Positions 27,382-37,637 of a stretch of DNA of 64,000 nt are shown in pieces. The stretch covers positions 11,724 to 75,723 of the forward strand of contig JAZDHV010000006.1 of assembly GCA_043805595.1 (NCBI GenBank), given 5' to 3'. How positions within the stretch are numbered: position 1 is the first letter of the stretch; each line of letters begins with the position of its first letter. The notes under the pieces are model-generated. The model was given only the letters and a program-made list of their open reading frames with translations. It was not told the DNA's origin and did no database searches. Both the position numbers and the translations under genes were made by a program. The stretch is from Candidatus Woesearchaeota archaeon (GTDB taxonomy: Archaea; Nanobdellota; Nanobdellia; Woesearchaeales; JAGVYU01).

Positions 27382-30300
27382 GTGATGTCATTGGATGATG
27401 ATTTTGATGATGAAGAGATTTCATTTGACATGAAAAAGGTAAAAGGATTCTTCAAGAAAGTAAGTGGATCATTTAGCGATGATGATAAATCTCTTGATGC
27501 TCTTGATGAGAAAAAAAAAGATAAAAAAGATATCCATGAAGAGATAGAGAAGAAAAAAGAAGAGCTCAGGAGATTAGAGGCTGAAAAGGGAGAAGAGAGT
27601 CAAAGAGAGAGTCAAAAAAAAGAGGAGAATGGGAAAAAGGAAGAATACAAAGAAAAAGCAATAAAAGAGGATAAAAGAGAGGTTGCATGGAAAAAGAAAG
27701 ATATAATTAATGAAGATAATAAAACAGAAAAAGACGATGATGAACTCAATATTGATTTTTCTGGAATCAAAAACTTTTTTAAAAAAAAGGCCAAAAAAGA
27801 AAAAAGCGAGGATGAAGAAAAGGATGAAGAATTTTCAGATGTGACAAAAACTATAAAAAAAGGATATACTTATATTAAAAATAAACCTTGGATCATCCCA
27901 ACAATCCTTATCATATTTATACTACTGTTCTGTGTCTATTTCAGCGCTAATCTTAGATATCAGTCAGCAATATTGCCGATAACAGATGTTTGGGCAAGAG
28001 ACAATATATATAATGGGATAAGAGCCCAGGTTGAGAATAAAGTCAATAATGAATATCCAAATCTTCCTGATGAGAACAAAGCAAAAATAATTGAGAAAGA
28101 GTTTGAAAAGATCCTGAGTGAAAACAAAAAGGAAATTGATAATGCAATATCAGCCTCCTCAAACCAATTTAAATCAAGATTAAGGCGAGATATCACAAAC
28201 AGCAAAGGAGAGGTTATTGGTGAATTCACCTACCTATTGGCAATTGACCCTTATTATTGGACAAGGCATGCAAGAAATATACTTAACAATGGACATCCAG
28301 GAGACGAGCTTAGGGATGGAAAGCCGTTTGACAATCATATGTTTGCACCTTTGGGAAGGTTTATCGTGCCTGACATGCTCCACGCATATCTTTCTGCTTA
28401 TTTATTTAAAGTGTTCCAGTTTTTCAACAGAGACCTAGACCTAATGAGTTTCATTTTCCTTATGCCAATCCTCATCAGCGCTTTGGCAGTGATCCCTGGA
28501 TTTTTTATCACAAGAAGGCTTGCAGGCAATTATGGAGGATTTGCAGCAGGGTTTTTAATCGCAGTCCACGCTGCCTTTCTCAACAGGACAATGGGAGGGT
28601 TTTCAGATACAGATGCATATAGCGTGACACTGCCATTATATACAGCATGGTTCTTTTTAATTGCGTTTGAAGAAAAAGACCTAAAAAAGAAAATAATATA
28701 TTCTGCCTTATCTGGCATTTTAATCGGCCTTCTTGGTTTTGCATGGACAGGAGGATGGTGGTATATGTTCTATCTTATAATAATATCCACAATAATATAT
28801 GCCATTGGCTATCTAGCAGTCTATTTAATATTAAATTATAAAAAAGGAATAAAAATCAACCAGATAGTCAAACTAAAATTTATTAAATATAATTTTATTA
28901 TCTTGATCGTATTTATAATGTTCTCAGGCATTTTTATCACTATGTTTCTAGGATTCAATGAGTTCTATACAGTCGTGGAAAAACCTATGGGATTTGTCAC
29001 ATTAAAGCAAATAGGGGCAACATCTGTCTGGCCAAATGTCTTCACAACAGTGGCTGAACAGAATGAATCATCATTTCCTGAATTGATTGGAAATATAGGA
29101 GGCACATTCTTATTTTTCCTGAGTCTTTTAGGAATATTATTTGTATTTATAAAGGGGATAATATTTTTGATCAAAGATAAGGAGGGTGGATTGATTTATA
29201 TCAAGTACAGCATCCTGCTTGTCCTTTGGTTTGCTGCAACAGTATATTCTGGAATAAAAGGTATAAGATTCATATTATTATTTGTTCCTGCATTTTCGAT
29301 TGCAGTAGGACTTGCATTGGGGATTATATACCAGTATGCTGTCAAGATAATATCAAATGAATTAAAGATCAACAAACTAATCACACAAGTAGTCATCATA
29401 GCCCTGCTATCTTTAATCCTGATCAAGCCTCTGCAATCTGCACAATCAACAGCATATCAAGACATTCCAAGCATGACAGATGAATGGTGGAGCTCTTTAG
29501 AAAAGATAAGATTAGAAAGCAGTGAGAATGCCATAATAACATCATGGTGGGATTTCGGGCATTGGTTCAAATATATTGCAGACAGGCCTGTAACATTTGA
29601 CGGAACATCACAAGACTCACCAATGGCCCATTGGGTAGGATATTCACTCCTGACATCTGATGAAGATATCAGTGTCGGAATATTAAGAATGCTTGACTGC
29701 GGCAGCAACAATGCATTTGATGAGCTTGACAAGGTAATAAATGAAACTTACAAGAGCGTGGATACAATCTATGAGATAATTGTTTTAGAGAAAGAAGAGG
29801 CAAGAGAGGTATTGAAAGAGTATGGACTTAATGAAGAGCAGGCAGAAAATGTTTTGAAAAATACACACTGCGAGCCTCCTGAAGCATATTTTATAACCTC
29901 ATCTGACATGATAGGAAAAAGCGGAGTATGGGGGCATTTTGGAATCTGGAATTTCAGGAGATCAACAATGTATAACAAAATAAAAGATAATAATCTTAAT
30001 ATGGACAAAGGTGTCAAATATCTAAAAGATGAATTCAACATGACAGATGATGAAGCACAGGCAATATATTTAGAAATTCAATCATTGGGAACTGGCAGGG
30101 ATGCAAATGACTGGACAGCACCTTGGCCAAGCTATGCATCTGGAATTGATCCATGCACACCAGAAGATGAAGGGATATATATCTGCTCATTATTTGGAGG
30201 CGGTGCTGGACTGTTTAACTCTACATCAATGGAACTGGTATTTAGTTCAGCCCAAGGCATAGACAAACCCAAGAAATTGGTCATACTGAATGAAACTGGA

Positions 30301-30711
30301 ATAATCACCAAGGAATATGAGAATGGAGGGGATTTTGGTGTCCTGATGATCCCAACCGAGGATGGGTTTTCTAGGCTCATAACAAATGTTGAGCAGACTG
30401 ACAGCATATTCACCCAATTGTATTTCTTAGATGGGCATGGAACAAAACATTTTAAGAAGTTCAGTGAAGAGAACAGTGTCTTGGGACAAAGGATAGTTGT
30501 CTGGAAAGTTGACTGGGAAGGAAAACAGGAGAATGTCTATCCGTTTTTCCAGCAAGATGTGACAATTGAGGAAATCAGCGAAGAAGAGTATAATGCAACT
30601 GAGATTGATAATGTAGAAAATATTGAGATTGATACAATCAATAAAAGTGAAATTGTTATGATAAATGAAAGTGATGTGATTGGAGGAGAATTTAATACAA
30701 CTGAAGCATAA
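27382..30711 (+). CDS. aglB: AglB/STT3 dolichyl-phosphooligosaccharide-protein glycosyltransferase with long N-terminal Lys/Glu-rich extension
   Basis: 1109 aa; WWDYG-type motif TSWWDFGHWF; 13 predicted TM followed by large C-terminal soluble domain; ~170-aa charged N-terminal region before first TM; likely ATG at 27385. Confidence 0.85.
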   Translation: MMSLDDDFDDEEISFDMKKVKGFFKKVSGSFSDDDKSLDALDEKKKDKKDIHEEIEKKKEELRRLEAEKGEESQRESQKKEENGKKEEYKEKAIKEDKREVAWKKKDIINEDNKTEKDDDELNIDFSGIKNFFKKKAKKEKSEDEEKDEEFSDVTKTIKKGYTYIKNKPWIIPTILIIFILLFCVYFSANLRYQSAILPITDVWARDNIYNGIRAQVENKVNNEYPNLPDENKAKIIEKEFEKILSENKKEIDNAISASSNQFKSRLRRDITNSKGEVIGEFTYLLAIDPYYWTRHARNILNNGHPGDELRDGKPFDNHMFAPLGRFIVPDMLHAYLSAYLFKVFQFFNRDLDLMSFIFLMPILISALAVIPGFFITRRLAGNYGGFAAGFLIAVHAAFLNRTMGGFSDTDAYSVTLPLYTAWFFLIAFEEKDLKKKIIYSALSGILIGLLGFAWTGGWWYMFYLIIISTIIYAIGYLAVYLILNYKKGIKINQIVKLKFIKYNFIILIVFIMFSGIFITMFLGFNEFYTVVEKPMGFVTLKQIGATSVWPNVFTTVAEQNESSFPELIGNIGGTFLFFLSLLGILFVFIKGIIFLIKDKEGGLIYIKYSILLVLWFAATVYSGIKGIRFILLFVPAFSIAVGLALGIIYQYAVKIISNELKINKLITQVVIIALLSLILIKPLQSAQSTAYQDIPSMTDEWWSSLEKIRLESSENAIITSWWDFGHWFKYIADRPVTFDGTSQDSPMAHWVGYSLLTSDEDISVGILRMLDCGSNNAFDELDKVINETYKSVDTIYEIIVLEKEEAREVLKEYGLNEEQAENVLKNTHCEPPEAYFITSSDMIGKSGVWGHFGIWNFRRSTMYNKIKDNNLNMDKGVKYLKDEFNMTDDEAQAIYLEIQSLGTGRDANDWTAPWPSYASGIDPCTPEDEGIYICSLFGGGAGLFNSTSMELVFSSAQGIDKPKKLVILNETGIITKEYENGGDFGVLMIPTEDGFSRLITNVEQTDSIFTQLYFLDGHGTKHFKKFSEENSVLGQRIVVWKVDWEGKQENVYPFFQQDVTIEEISEEEYNATEIDNVENIEIDTINKSEIVMINESDVIGGEFNTTEA

Positions 30712-30746
30712 TAATTTTTAAACAAGAACATATTCTTTATTTTCTT

Positions 30747-31412
30747 ATGGAAGACAAATCCAAGATTTATGCTGTTGTGGCTGCATATAATGAGGAGAAA
30801 TATATAGGAAGTGTTATCAGGAATATTAAAAAACACCTGAACTATATCATTGTTGTTGATGATGGAAGCAGGGATGAAACCAATAAGATAGCCAAAGAGA
30901 ACAAGGCAATTGTTTTAAGACATCCCATAAATATAGGAAAAGGAGCTTCAATCAAGACAGGATGTGACTTTGTATTAAAAAAAGGTGGAAAGATAATGAT
31001 ACTGATTGATGCAGACGGCCAGCATGATCCAAAAGAGATCCCAAATTTTCTCGAAGCCATAAAGGACAATGACATTGTGTTTGGATTCAGAAAATTTAAT
31101 AAAGACATGCCATTGATGATGAAAATCGGAAACAACATTATAAATACTGCTACAAGGTTTTTATATAATATTGACTTATATGACTCACAGAGCGGATACA
31201 GGGCATATACTGCAGATGCATACAGGAAGATCAGATGGGATGCAAATGACTATTCAATGGAATCAGAGATGATCGCAAACCTTGGAAAGACAAGATTAAG
31301 GTATACACAAATCCCAATACAGACAATCTATTCAGACATCTACAAAGGGACAACTGCAATAGATGGAATTAAGATTGTGATTAACATGTTATTATGGAAA
31401 TTGAGGCGGTAA
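30747..31412 (+). CDS. GT2 family glycosyltransferase (dolichyl-phosphate sugar synthase-like)
   Basis: 221 aa; YAVVAAYNEEKYI ... VVDDGSRDET ... DADGQHDP GT-A/DxD motifs. Confidence 0.8.
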   Translation: MEDKSKIYAVVAAYNEEKYIGSVIRNIKKHLNYIIVVDDGSRDETNKIAKENKAIVLRHPINIGKGASIKTGCDFVLKKGGKIMILIDADGQHDPKEIPNFLEAIKDNDIVFGFRKFNKDMPLMMKIGNNIINTATRFLYNIDLYDSQSGYRAYTADAYRKIRWDANDYSMESEMIANLGKTRLRYTQIPIQTIYSDIYKGTTAIDGIKIVINMLLWKLRR

Positions 31413-31413
31413 T

Positions 31414-31755
31414 ATGCTAGGAATACAAATAATCGGAGTGCTGTTCGGACTGTTCATGCTTTACATCACATTCCTGCACAACAAAAGAAAAGAGTTTACT
31501 GTAAAAGAAGGATTAGTCTGGGCCATATTATGGCTAGGATTCATATTTATCACATTATTTCCAACCCAATTGAACTATTTTGTAAAGGATGTGCTGACAA
31601 TGCAGAGGCCTCTTGATTTCTATATAATATTAGGATTCATCATAATAATAGGAACACTTTTCCATACCTATTCCTTAGTCAGAAGACTGCAGAAGAAGAC
31701 AGATGACCTTGTATCAAAGATTGCAATCGGCAAAGAGGATAATAAGGAGAAGTAA
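31414..31755 (+). CDS. Small membrane protein (DUF2304-like, commonly paired with GT2 genes)
   Basis: 113 aa; 3 predicted TM; immediately follows GT2 gene with 1-nt spacing. Confidence 0.4.
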   Translation: MLGIQIIGVLFGLFMLYITFLHNKRKEFTVKEGLVWAILWLGFIFITLFPTQLNYFVKDVLTMQRPLDFYIILGFIIIIGTLFHTYSLVRRLQKKTDDLVSKIAIGKEDNKEK

Positions 31756-31805
31756 GAGATTTCTTAGAATAATTTTATAAAGTTAGATTCAATCCCATTT
31801 TAATT

Positions 31806-32945
31806 ATGGATGTAAAAAGCATCAAGTTTTTGGACAAATATGTCGGCACCTTGGTATGCCTTAAGCTAGGGATACTTAACAAGCTGTTTTCCAGGAAGAA
31901 ATTAAAGGCTGTTGATAGGATATTAGTAATTCAATTATGGGGGATTGGAGAGACAATATTGACTTTGCCTGCAATCAAGGCATTAAGAGAACAATATAAG
32001 GATTCACAGATTGATATTTTGACCACAAAGAGAGCAAAGGATGTTTTTGAAGGACAAGGTTTTATTGATGATATAATTGTGATTGAGACAAATTTGTCGT
32101 CCATATCCAGGTTCATCTCCAAAAATTACAGGAAATATTCATTAGTTGTTGATTTTGAAGAGTATCTAAACATTTCCTCAATCATATCTTTTTTTGTGGG
32201 CAGTTTTAGAGTCGGCTATAAAAATAGGATAAGAGGGATGACTTTGTCTAAGTCAGTCTCTTATAATGACAAACAGCATGTTGTTGAAACTCATCTTGAC
32301 CTGATAAGACTAATTGGATATGACGGGAAAGTGGAAAGATTGGAAAGATTGAGGTATAGTAAGAAAGATAAAAATTATATTGAGATATTATTGGATGATA
32401 AAAAAGTGTCTAAAAATGATTTTTTAGCGGGATTGTTTGCAGGAGCAGCTGAGTCGGCAAAATCAAGGATGTGGATGAAGGAGAATTTTGCTGAGCTTGG
32501 TGACAGGCTAATTGAGGAGAAGAATGCAAAAATTGTGTTATTAGGAAGCTCAGATGATATCAAGTTAAATGATGAAATAATCAGATTGGTCAAGAATAAA
32601 GACAAGATTGATAATCTTGCTGGGAAAACAAGCCTGCAGCAATTGTTTTATCTTGAGGAAAGATGTGATTTAATCATTAGCAATGATTCAGGGCCAATGC
32701 ATATTGGAGCTGCAATGGATACAAAAACAATCGGGTTGTTTGGCCCAAATCTTCCAATCAGATGGAGACCTTTCCAGAAAGACAGTGTTGGACTGTATAA
32801 AGGAGGTATCTGTGAGTTTAGCCCTTGCATAAATGTGCATCTGGGGAAAGTGCCTGAATGCCTTCAGCCAAGTCATAATAACATCTGCATGAAAAATCTG
32901 GAGGTAGAGGATGTCATGAAACATATTGAGAAGTTGAAAAGCTGA
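31806..32945 (+). CDS. GT9 family glycosyltransferase (heptosyltransferase-like)
   Basis: 379 aa; N-terminal ILVIQLWGIGETILTLPAIKAL and C-terminal ISNDSGPMHIGAAMDTKTIGLFGP match GT9 (RfaF/WaaC) signatures. Confidence 0.8.
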   Translation: MDVKSIKFLDKYVGTLVCLKLGILNKLFSRKKLKAVDRILVIQLWGIGETILTLPAIKALREQYKDSQIDILTTKRAKDVFEGQGFIDDIIVIETNLSSISRFISKNYRKYSLVVDFEEYLNISSIISFFVGSFRVGYKNRIRGMTLSKSVSYNDKQHVVETHLDLIRLIGYDGKVERLERLRYSKKDKNYIEILLDDKKVSKNDFLAGLFAGAAESAKSRMWMKENFAELGDRLIEEKNAKIVLLGSSDDIKLNDEIIRLVKNKDKIDNLAGKTSLQQLFYLEERCDLIISNDSGPMHIGAAMDTKTIGLFGPNLPIRWRPFQKDSVGLYKGGICEFSPCINVHLGKVPECLQPSHNNICMKNLEVEDVMKHIEKLKS

Positions 32946-32987
32946 TAGAATACCTGATTTCTATTCTTATATTATTCTATTCTTCAA

Positions 32988-33743
32988 TTATTCTTCCATA
33001 TGATGATATTCGCCGTAAGTGAAAAACCCATTCAACTGCTTTATCCTTGCTAATCTTGGAAAAACATCTTTTTCCAAAGAAGCAGTATTTTCAAAGAGCT
33101 CAAAGATCTCTGGCTTAAAGATGTATATTCCTGCATTAACAATGAATGAGGTTGTCTGCCTCGGCTTTTCCTGAAAATCAATGATCTGATCTCCATCAAG
33201 AACTGCGTTCCCATACTGGGATGGCTTTTCTCTTGTCATCAGGCCCATTGTTGCAAGCTTATCATTATGGATATGCTTTGAGATCATCTTATTGAGGTCA
33301 AAATCATTGTAGACATCACCGCTTGAGACAATAAAATTTGAGTCATCCAACATCTTTTTTACCCTGAATAATGCATTTGCATTGCCTTTTGAATCATCCT
33401 CAATTATCTTGACATCCTGTGTAGTATGAAGGCATTCATGATTTATCTTATCAAGATGGTTTGAGGACTGGGTCACAATCAGAATCTTTTTGATACCAAA
33501 GCTATTGAAAAAATCAAGCTGATTCTTGATCAAGGTCTTTGACTTAAGATTCTTTAATGCCACCTTATGATGATCTGATTTTAGAAGTATCACAGCAGTG
33601 CTAATCTGCTGAGAGCCAAGACCTTTTTTTAGGTAGATCTCAAAAGCCTGGGATCTTGAGCGGATGATTGAGCCGTCTACTTTGGAGTCTAATATATCTA
33701 ACAATGGCTTATCCACAGAAATCGCAATCTTTTCCTTCTTCAT
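32988..33743 (-). CDS. Sugar-phosphate nucleotidyltransferase-like protein with N-terminal ~50-aa RHH-like extension
   Basis: 251 aa; central/C-terminal SSGDVYNDFDL...EKP...FIVNAGIYIF resembles NTP_transferase fold; canonical GxGTRL motif not evident. Confidence 0.5.
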   Translation of the reverse strand: MKKEKIAISVDKPLLDILDSKVDGSIIRSRSQAFEIYLKKGLGSQQISTAVILLKSDHHKVALKNLKSKTLIKNQLDFFNSFGIKKILIVTQSSNHLDKINHECLHTTQDVKIIEDDSKGNANALFRVKKMLDDSNFIVSSGDVYNDFDLNKMISKHIHNDKLATMGLMTREKPSQYGNAVLDGDQIIDFQEKPRQTTSFIVNAGIYIFKPEIFELFENTASLEKDVFPRLARIKQLNGFFTYGEYHHMEE

Positions 33744-33862
33744 TTTAACTTTGATGTATTACCCCCTAACAGTATGATATAGTAATACCTTTTTAATAAT
33801 TTATATTTTCTAAAATATATATCATATAACAATAATGTATTTAAATAAGGTAGAAGAATAGT

Positions 33863-34369
33863 ATGAATAGTTCATACTTTAATATAATATATAATGAAGG
33901 TGATTTTATGCCAAATAAAGCAGAGACAAATTTTCTTGATAAACCAGATGTATTATTGATTGGAAAGGCAAGCAGTGAATATGGATTATTTGAAAAAGTT
34001 TCTGAGAAAGTAAGACCTGAATCCAGAGCATTTATAGCAATTGGAGGAAAAGAATATGGAAACAGGCCAAATGATATCAGAAAAGTGCTTTTACAGCAAT
34101 TATCATACCCATTATGGAACGGATTTGTTGTAATTGATGACCCTCAAATTGATTCTGGGCTTCCAGAAGATGTAAAAAGGATCCTCAAGATACAATCAGC
34201 AGGGCAAAGGCATTCAGATCCAATATTCTTAGCATATTCTAAAGATCCTGAGCTTTTAAGCTTAAGGCCATATGTTGATTTTATCCAAAATGGAGTAGTT
34301 GGGAGTGATATTGCAGATTCAATTGCAAGATATTCAGTGGATAGGATTAATGAAAGAAAAAGGCATTAA
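33863..34369 (+). CDS. Hypothetical protein
   Basis: 168 aa ORF; no recognised motif. Confidence 0.35.
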   Translation: MNSSYFNIIYNEGDFMPNKAETNFLDKPDVLLIGKASSEYGLFEKVSEKVRPESRAFIAIGGKEYGNRPNDIRKVLLQQLSYPLWNGFVVIDDPQIDSGLPEDVKRILKIQSAGQRHSDPIFLAYSKDPELLSLRPYVDFIQNGVVGSDIADSIARYSVDRINERKRH

Positions 34370-34449
34370 TAAAGTCTTATTCTTAAATATGGTAATTGAC
34401 ATACTTCCGAATCTGAGCAAAGGAGATTCAGTAGAACATATATTGAATA

Positions 34450-35448
34450 ATGGAGAGAAACAACAGAATGTCAAATGATTATGATCTTAAAAATGCAATC
34501 AGCAATTTTGATAAAAGAAGGATTCTGGTATTAGGAGATATTGCCCTTGACCATTACCTAATTGGAGAAGTTGAGAGGATAAATCCAGAACAACCTGCTG
34601 CTCCATTAGTAAGAGTAAATGGACATAGGTATAACCTAGGGGCAGGAGGCAATGTTGCACAAAATCTGGCAACATTAGATGCAAAAGCAACCTTATGCGG
34701 ATTGATAGGAAATGACTTTTATGGGGGAAAGGTAGAGGAAATTTGCAGACAATATGGAATATCATTTATACCAGTATATAATGGAGATGATAGGAGCACT
34801 ACAGTAAAACAGAGACTATTAGCCCATCAACAACAAATTGCCAGATTTGATGAAGAAGATACAAGCCCAATATCTGAAGAAACAGGCCAAATGATCCTGG
34901 ACAGAATAAAACCTTGCATTGATGAAAGTGATGCAGTAATATTATCTGATTATAATAAAGGGCTACTAATTGAATCAGTTGTCAGAGAAGTAATAAAATA
35001 TGCAGCACAAAAAGGTGTCAAAGTTTATTCTGAAGTGAAACCAACAAATGCTATATTCTATCAAAACTCAACATTAGTATGCTGTAATCTTAGCGAAGCT
35101 GAACAATTCACTAATCTCAGACTAAATGGCAGAGCTGACAATATTATAAATATTGGAAGAGAAATGATGCAGAGATTATCTCCAGAATATTTAGTCATCA
35201 CACTAAGTGAAAGAGGAATGTTCAGCTATGATAGTCATCATAATCATGCTTTAGAACCTACAAAGGCAAAATCTGTTGTTGATGTTTCAGGAGCAGGCGA
35301 TACAGCTATCTCATTATTGGCATTAGCCAATCTTGAACTAGATATTCATGCATCTGCATATCTAGCGAATCATGGAGCAGGCGCTGCTATTGAAAAGGTT
35401 GGGACAGCCACTATCACAAGAGATGAGCTATTGAAAAGCCTATCATGA
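34450..35448 (+). CDS. PfkB-family sugar kinase, heptose 7-phosphate kinase-like (HldA / HldE domain I-like)
   Basis: 332 aa; ILVLGDIALDHYLIGEVERINPEQPAAPLVRV...GAGGNVAQNLATLDAKATLCGLIGNDFYG closely matches RfaE domain I signature; C-terminal DVSGAGDT. Confidence 0.7.
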   Translation: MERNNRMSNDYDLKNAISNFDKRRILVLGDIALDHYLIGEVERINPEQPAAPLVRVNGHRYNLGAGGNVAQNLATLDAKATLCGLIGNDFYGGKVEEICRQYGISFIPVYNGDDRSTTVKQRLLAHQQQIARFDEEDTSPISEETGQMILDRIKPCIDESDAVILSDYNKGLLIESVVREVIKYAAQKGVKVYSEVKPTNAIFYQNSTLVCCNLSEAEQFTNLRLNGRADNIINIGREMMQRLSPEYLVITLSERGMFSYDSHHNHALEPTKAKSVVDVSGAGDTAISLLALANLELDIHASAYLANHGAGAAIEKVGTATITRDELLKSLS

Positions 35449-35512
35449 CTAAAAAAGAATGATTGTGGATAAGATATGTTTAAATAAAAATAAATAATCC
35501 TAAATCAATATC

Positions 35513-36097
35513 ATGGCAAAAATAACAAAAGCTGTTTTTTTAGACAGGGATGGAACCATCAATGTCGACTATGGATTCACATATGAACTTATGAAATTCC
35601 GATTTGAAGAAGGAGTAATCCAAGGACTTCAAAAGCTCAAATTAAAAAAATATCTCTTGATCATTACAACTGGACAATCTGGAATGGGAAGAGGATATTA
35701 CACTAAAGAAGAATACAATAAATTTACTGATTTAATGCTGGAAGAACTTAAAAAACATGACATTCAATTAGAGGGAGTTTATTACTGCCCCCATCATCCT
35801 ATGGAAGGAAAAGGGGAATTTAAGATTGATTGCGGCTGCAGAAAGCCAAAGACTGGAATGATACAAAAAGCTGTAAAAGATATGGCAGATAAAGGAATTG
35901 ATATAGATGTCAAGAACAGCTTTGTAATAGGAGACAAGACAGATGATATCAAGATGGGTGAAAATGCTGGATGCAGAACAATCCTTTTATTGACTGAATC
36001 AGGGAAAAAAGGGAAAGATGGCCATTATGAGGTAAAACCTACATTTATTGCAAAAAACCTTGACAAGGCAGCAGATTGGATAATAAAAAATGATTGA
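35513..36097 (+). CDS. gmhB: D,D-heptose 1,7-bisphosphate phosphatase-like HAD hydrolase
   Basis: 194 aa; AVFLDRDGTIN motif I, CPHHP...CGCRKP zinc-binding insert and IGDKTDD motif typical of GmhB/HisB-N family. Confidence 0.75.
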   Translation: MAKITKAVFLDRDGTINVDYGFTYELMKFRFEEGVIQGLQKLKLKKYLLIITTGQSGMGRGYYTKEEYNKFTDLMLEELKKHDIQLEGVYYCPHHPMEGKGEFKIDCGCRKPKTGMIQKAVKDMADKGIDIDVKNSFVIGDKTDDIKMGENAGCRTILLLTESGKKGKDGHYEVKPTFIAKNLDKAADWIIKND

Positions 36098-36106
36098 GTT
36101 GTTAAT

Positions 36107-37003
36107 ATGATAGACTTTTCAAAGATCAAGACAATAAGCATCAAGGACAGGGAACATAAAGAAGCATTAGTCAGGTTTCCAAATCCAGATGACCCATTCA
36201 AGATAATTGAGAATGAAGACCTAAGAGAGCTTGCAGAGAGGATAATCGAGGCATACAATAAAAACAAACAGATAATATTCATGATAGGAGGTCATGTTGT
36301 AAAGACAGGGATGAGCGCCTATATTGTAGATCTGATGAAAAAAGGAGTGATAAACCATATTGCAATGAATGGAGCAACAAGCATACATGATTTTGAGATT
36401 GCAACATATGGAGAGACAAGCGAGGATGTTGAATCAGGAATTAAGAATGGTACCTTTGGAATGGTCAAAGAGACTGGAGAATTCATGAACAGTGCAATCA
36501 AAGAAGGTGCAGGCTCAGGAAATGGATATGGACATGCAATTGGCAAGAAGATTGATGAGCTAAATGGAAAGAATAAGGAGAAGAGTGTGCTGTATCAGGC
36601 ATATAATCTTGGGATACCAGCAACTGTCCATGTTGCAATAGGAAATGACACAATACATATGAATCCAAAATGTGATGGAAGCAGCCTGGGAAAAGCGACA
36701 TATATTGACTTTAAGAAATTTGCAGATACACTAAGCAAGGCTGACAAAGGAGTGATAGTCAATATCGGAAGCGCAGTGATATTACCAGAAACATTTTTAA
36801 AAGCAATTACAATTGTAAGAAATCTAGGATATGATATAGGTGATATCACAACTGCCAATCTAGATATGATTGACCATTACAGGCCAAGATTAAATGTTGT
36901 GGAAAGACCTGTAAGCGCTTTAGGAGGAAAGGGATTTGTTATTATAGAAAGGCATGAAAAGACAATCCCTAGTTTATACAAACTGATTATGAAGGCGATC
37001 TGA
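36107..37003 (+). CDS. Hypothetical protein inside heptose operon (function unknown; candidate for missing isomerase step by position only)
   Basis: 298 aa; no motif recognised by eye; 1-nt overlap with downstream cytidylyltransferase gene. Confidence 0.4.
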   Translation: MIDFSKIKTISIKDREHKEALVRFPNPDDPFKIIENEDLRELAERIIEAYNKNKQIIFMIGGHVVKTGMSAYIVDLMKKGVINHIAMNGATSIHDFEIATYGETSEDVESGIKNGTFGMVKETGEFMNSAIKEGAGSGNGYGHAIGKKIDELNGKNKEKSVLYQAYNLGIPATVHVAIGNDTIHMNPKCDGSSLGKATYIDFKKFADTLSKADKGVIVNIGSAVILPETFLKAITIVRNLGYDIGDITTANLDMIDHYRPRLNVVERPVSALGGKGFVIIERHEKTIPSLYKLIMKAI

Positions 37004-37527
37004 TGAAAATCACAAGCCCGAAAGTAAAAACAAGAGAAGAGATCAGGCAGATTGCTGATGAATTAAGAAATCATGGCAAGACAATAGTTTCTATCAATGG
37101 AAGCTATGACATACTCCATATAGGGCATATCAAGATGCTCCAAGAAGCCAGAAAACAAGGAGATGTCCTGATTCTAGGATTGAACAGCGATGAATCAGTG
37201 AGAGAATGGAAAAAATTTGTAAAGAATCCAAACTGGTACAAAAGGCCGATAAATCCTGCCTGGGCAAGAGCAGAGATGCTTGCTGCGCTTGACAGTGTTG
37301 ATTACATTGAGATATATGATGAGCCAGAGTGCATGCCATTTCTTGACAATCTGAAGCCACATATCCATGTAAATGGCAGTGATTATGGAGAAGACTGTGT
37401 AGAGGCTCCAACTGTAAAGAAAAATGGCGGAAGGATATATATTGCCAAATTTATTGAGGGATTTTCCACAACAAAGTTCATCGAGAAGATACTTGACATT
37501 TATAATGATGAATCTGAAAAAAGATAA
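37003..37527 (+). CDS. Cytidylyltransferase-fold nucleotidyltransferase, heptose 1-phosphate adenylyltransferase-like (HldC / HldE domain II-like)
   Basis: 174 aa; NGSYDILHIGHIKMLQEA (HxGH motif) ... ILGLNSDESV ... VDYIEIYDE typical of RfaE domain II / TagD-like enzymes. Confidence 0.7.
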   Translation: MKITSPKVKTREEIRQIADELRNHGKTIVSINGSYDILHIGHIKMLQEARKQGDVLILGLNSDESVREWKKFVKNPNWYKRPINPAWARAEMLAALDSVDYIEIYDEPECMPFLDNLKPHIHVNGSDYGEDCVEAPTVKKNGGRIYIAKFIEGFSTTKFIEKILDIYNDESEKR

Positions 37528-37637
37528 AGAAATATTTTCATAAATATAGGCATTAATTTCATCTAAGTTTTCTTAAATATATAACATATCGACCCACATA
37601 TTTTTAAATACAAATTCATTCTTGACAAACTAATAAA

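Noticed and set aside
27612-30836. Numerous short minus-strand ORFs across aglB
   Set aside because: All antisense to a 1109-aa ORF with strong AglB motifs; typical AT-rich genome noise.
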